Shown here in pieces: positions 63,802 to 64,000 of a stretch of 64,000 nucleotides of DNA. The translations under genes and the position numbers were made by a program. The stretch's first letter is position 1. Every line of letters starts with the position of its first letter. A model generated the notes under the pieces. It saw only the letters and a list, made by a program, of their open reading frames with translations, was not told where the DNA came from and did no database searches. This DNA comes from an uncultured Candidatus Actinomarina sp. GTDB taxonomy: Bacteria; Actinomycetota; Acidimicrobiia; Actinomarinales; Actinomarinaceae. The stretch covers positions 827-64,826 of the forward strand of contig CACHBU010000005.1 of NCBI GenBank assembly GCA_902578135.1, in the 5' to 3' direction.

Positions 63802-64000
63802 TGGTTAACCTTCACTGCACTTTGTACTTGCACGATATTTCCTTTATTACCAGGGACAGAACCATTAACTAATAAATAATTTTTTTCTTCATTCAAACCT
63901 ACGATTGTCACAGATTGAATAGTGGTTTTTTGATTTCCCATACGACCTGCCATTTTTTGTCCTTTAAAAACATGTCCAGGAAAAGATGCATTTCCAATCG
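63798..64000 (-). CDS. rplC: 50S protein L3, C-terminal part (partial)
   Basis: PGHVFKGQKMAGRMG...LLVNGSVPG; ATGA overlap with rplD. Confidence 0.95.
   Translation of the reverse strand, partial: IGNASFPGHVFKGQKMAGRMGNQKTTIQSVTIVGLNEEKNYLLVNGSVPGNKGNIVQVQSAVKVNQ

Overview
Gene-dense, AT-rich chromosomal window with no mobile elements, CRISPR, rRNA or tRNA that I could detect. WhiB, an AhpE-type peroxiredoxin, Nur and the gene order indicate an actinobacterium; the low GC and tiny spacers suggest a streamlined marine lineage such as Ca. Actinomarina (inference). In order it holds: a liv-type ABC cluster with an embedded acyl-CoA ligase, htrA, whiB, TCA genes (sdhCDAB, mdh, icd, sucCD), pcrA, trpS, an accessory block (about 19-30 kb), a shikimate/Phe/Tyr superoperon, groESL, tsaD-rimI-tsaB-tsaE-alr, glmS/glmM and the S10-spc-alpha ribosomal cluster. 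Elements the ORF track misses: (1) a membrane-anchored thioredoxin-fold gene with an in-frame TGA in a UxxC motif and a SECIS-like hairpin (candidate selenoprotein); (2) a glmS ribozyme whose 5' leader can pair with the segment just before the glmS Shine-Dalgarno (possible cleavage-coupled translational switch); (3) a Tyr-Phe-Tyr-Phe leader-peptide attenuator ahead of the aro operon; (4) two tandem paralogous small membrane proteins; (5) an ATT start for aroQ; (6) a Nur box before an ECF module lacking its S component; (7) rpmJ and rpmD, with zinc-free L36 and S14 in the core operon. All calls come from manual motif reading; no searches were run.
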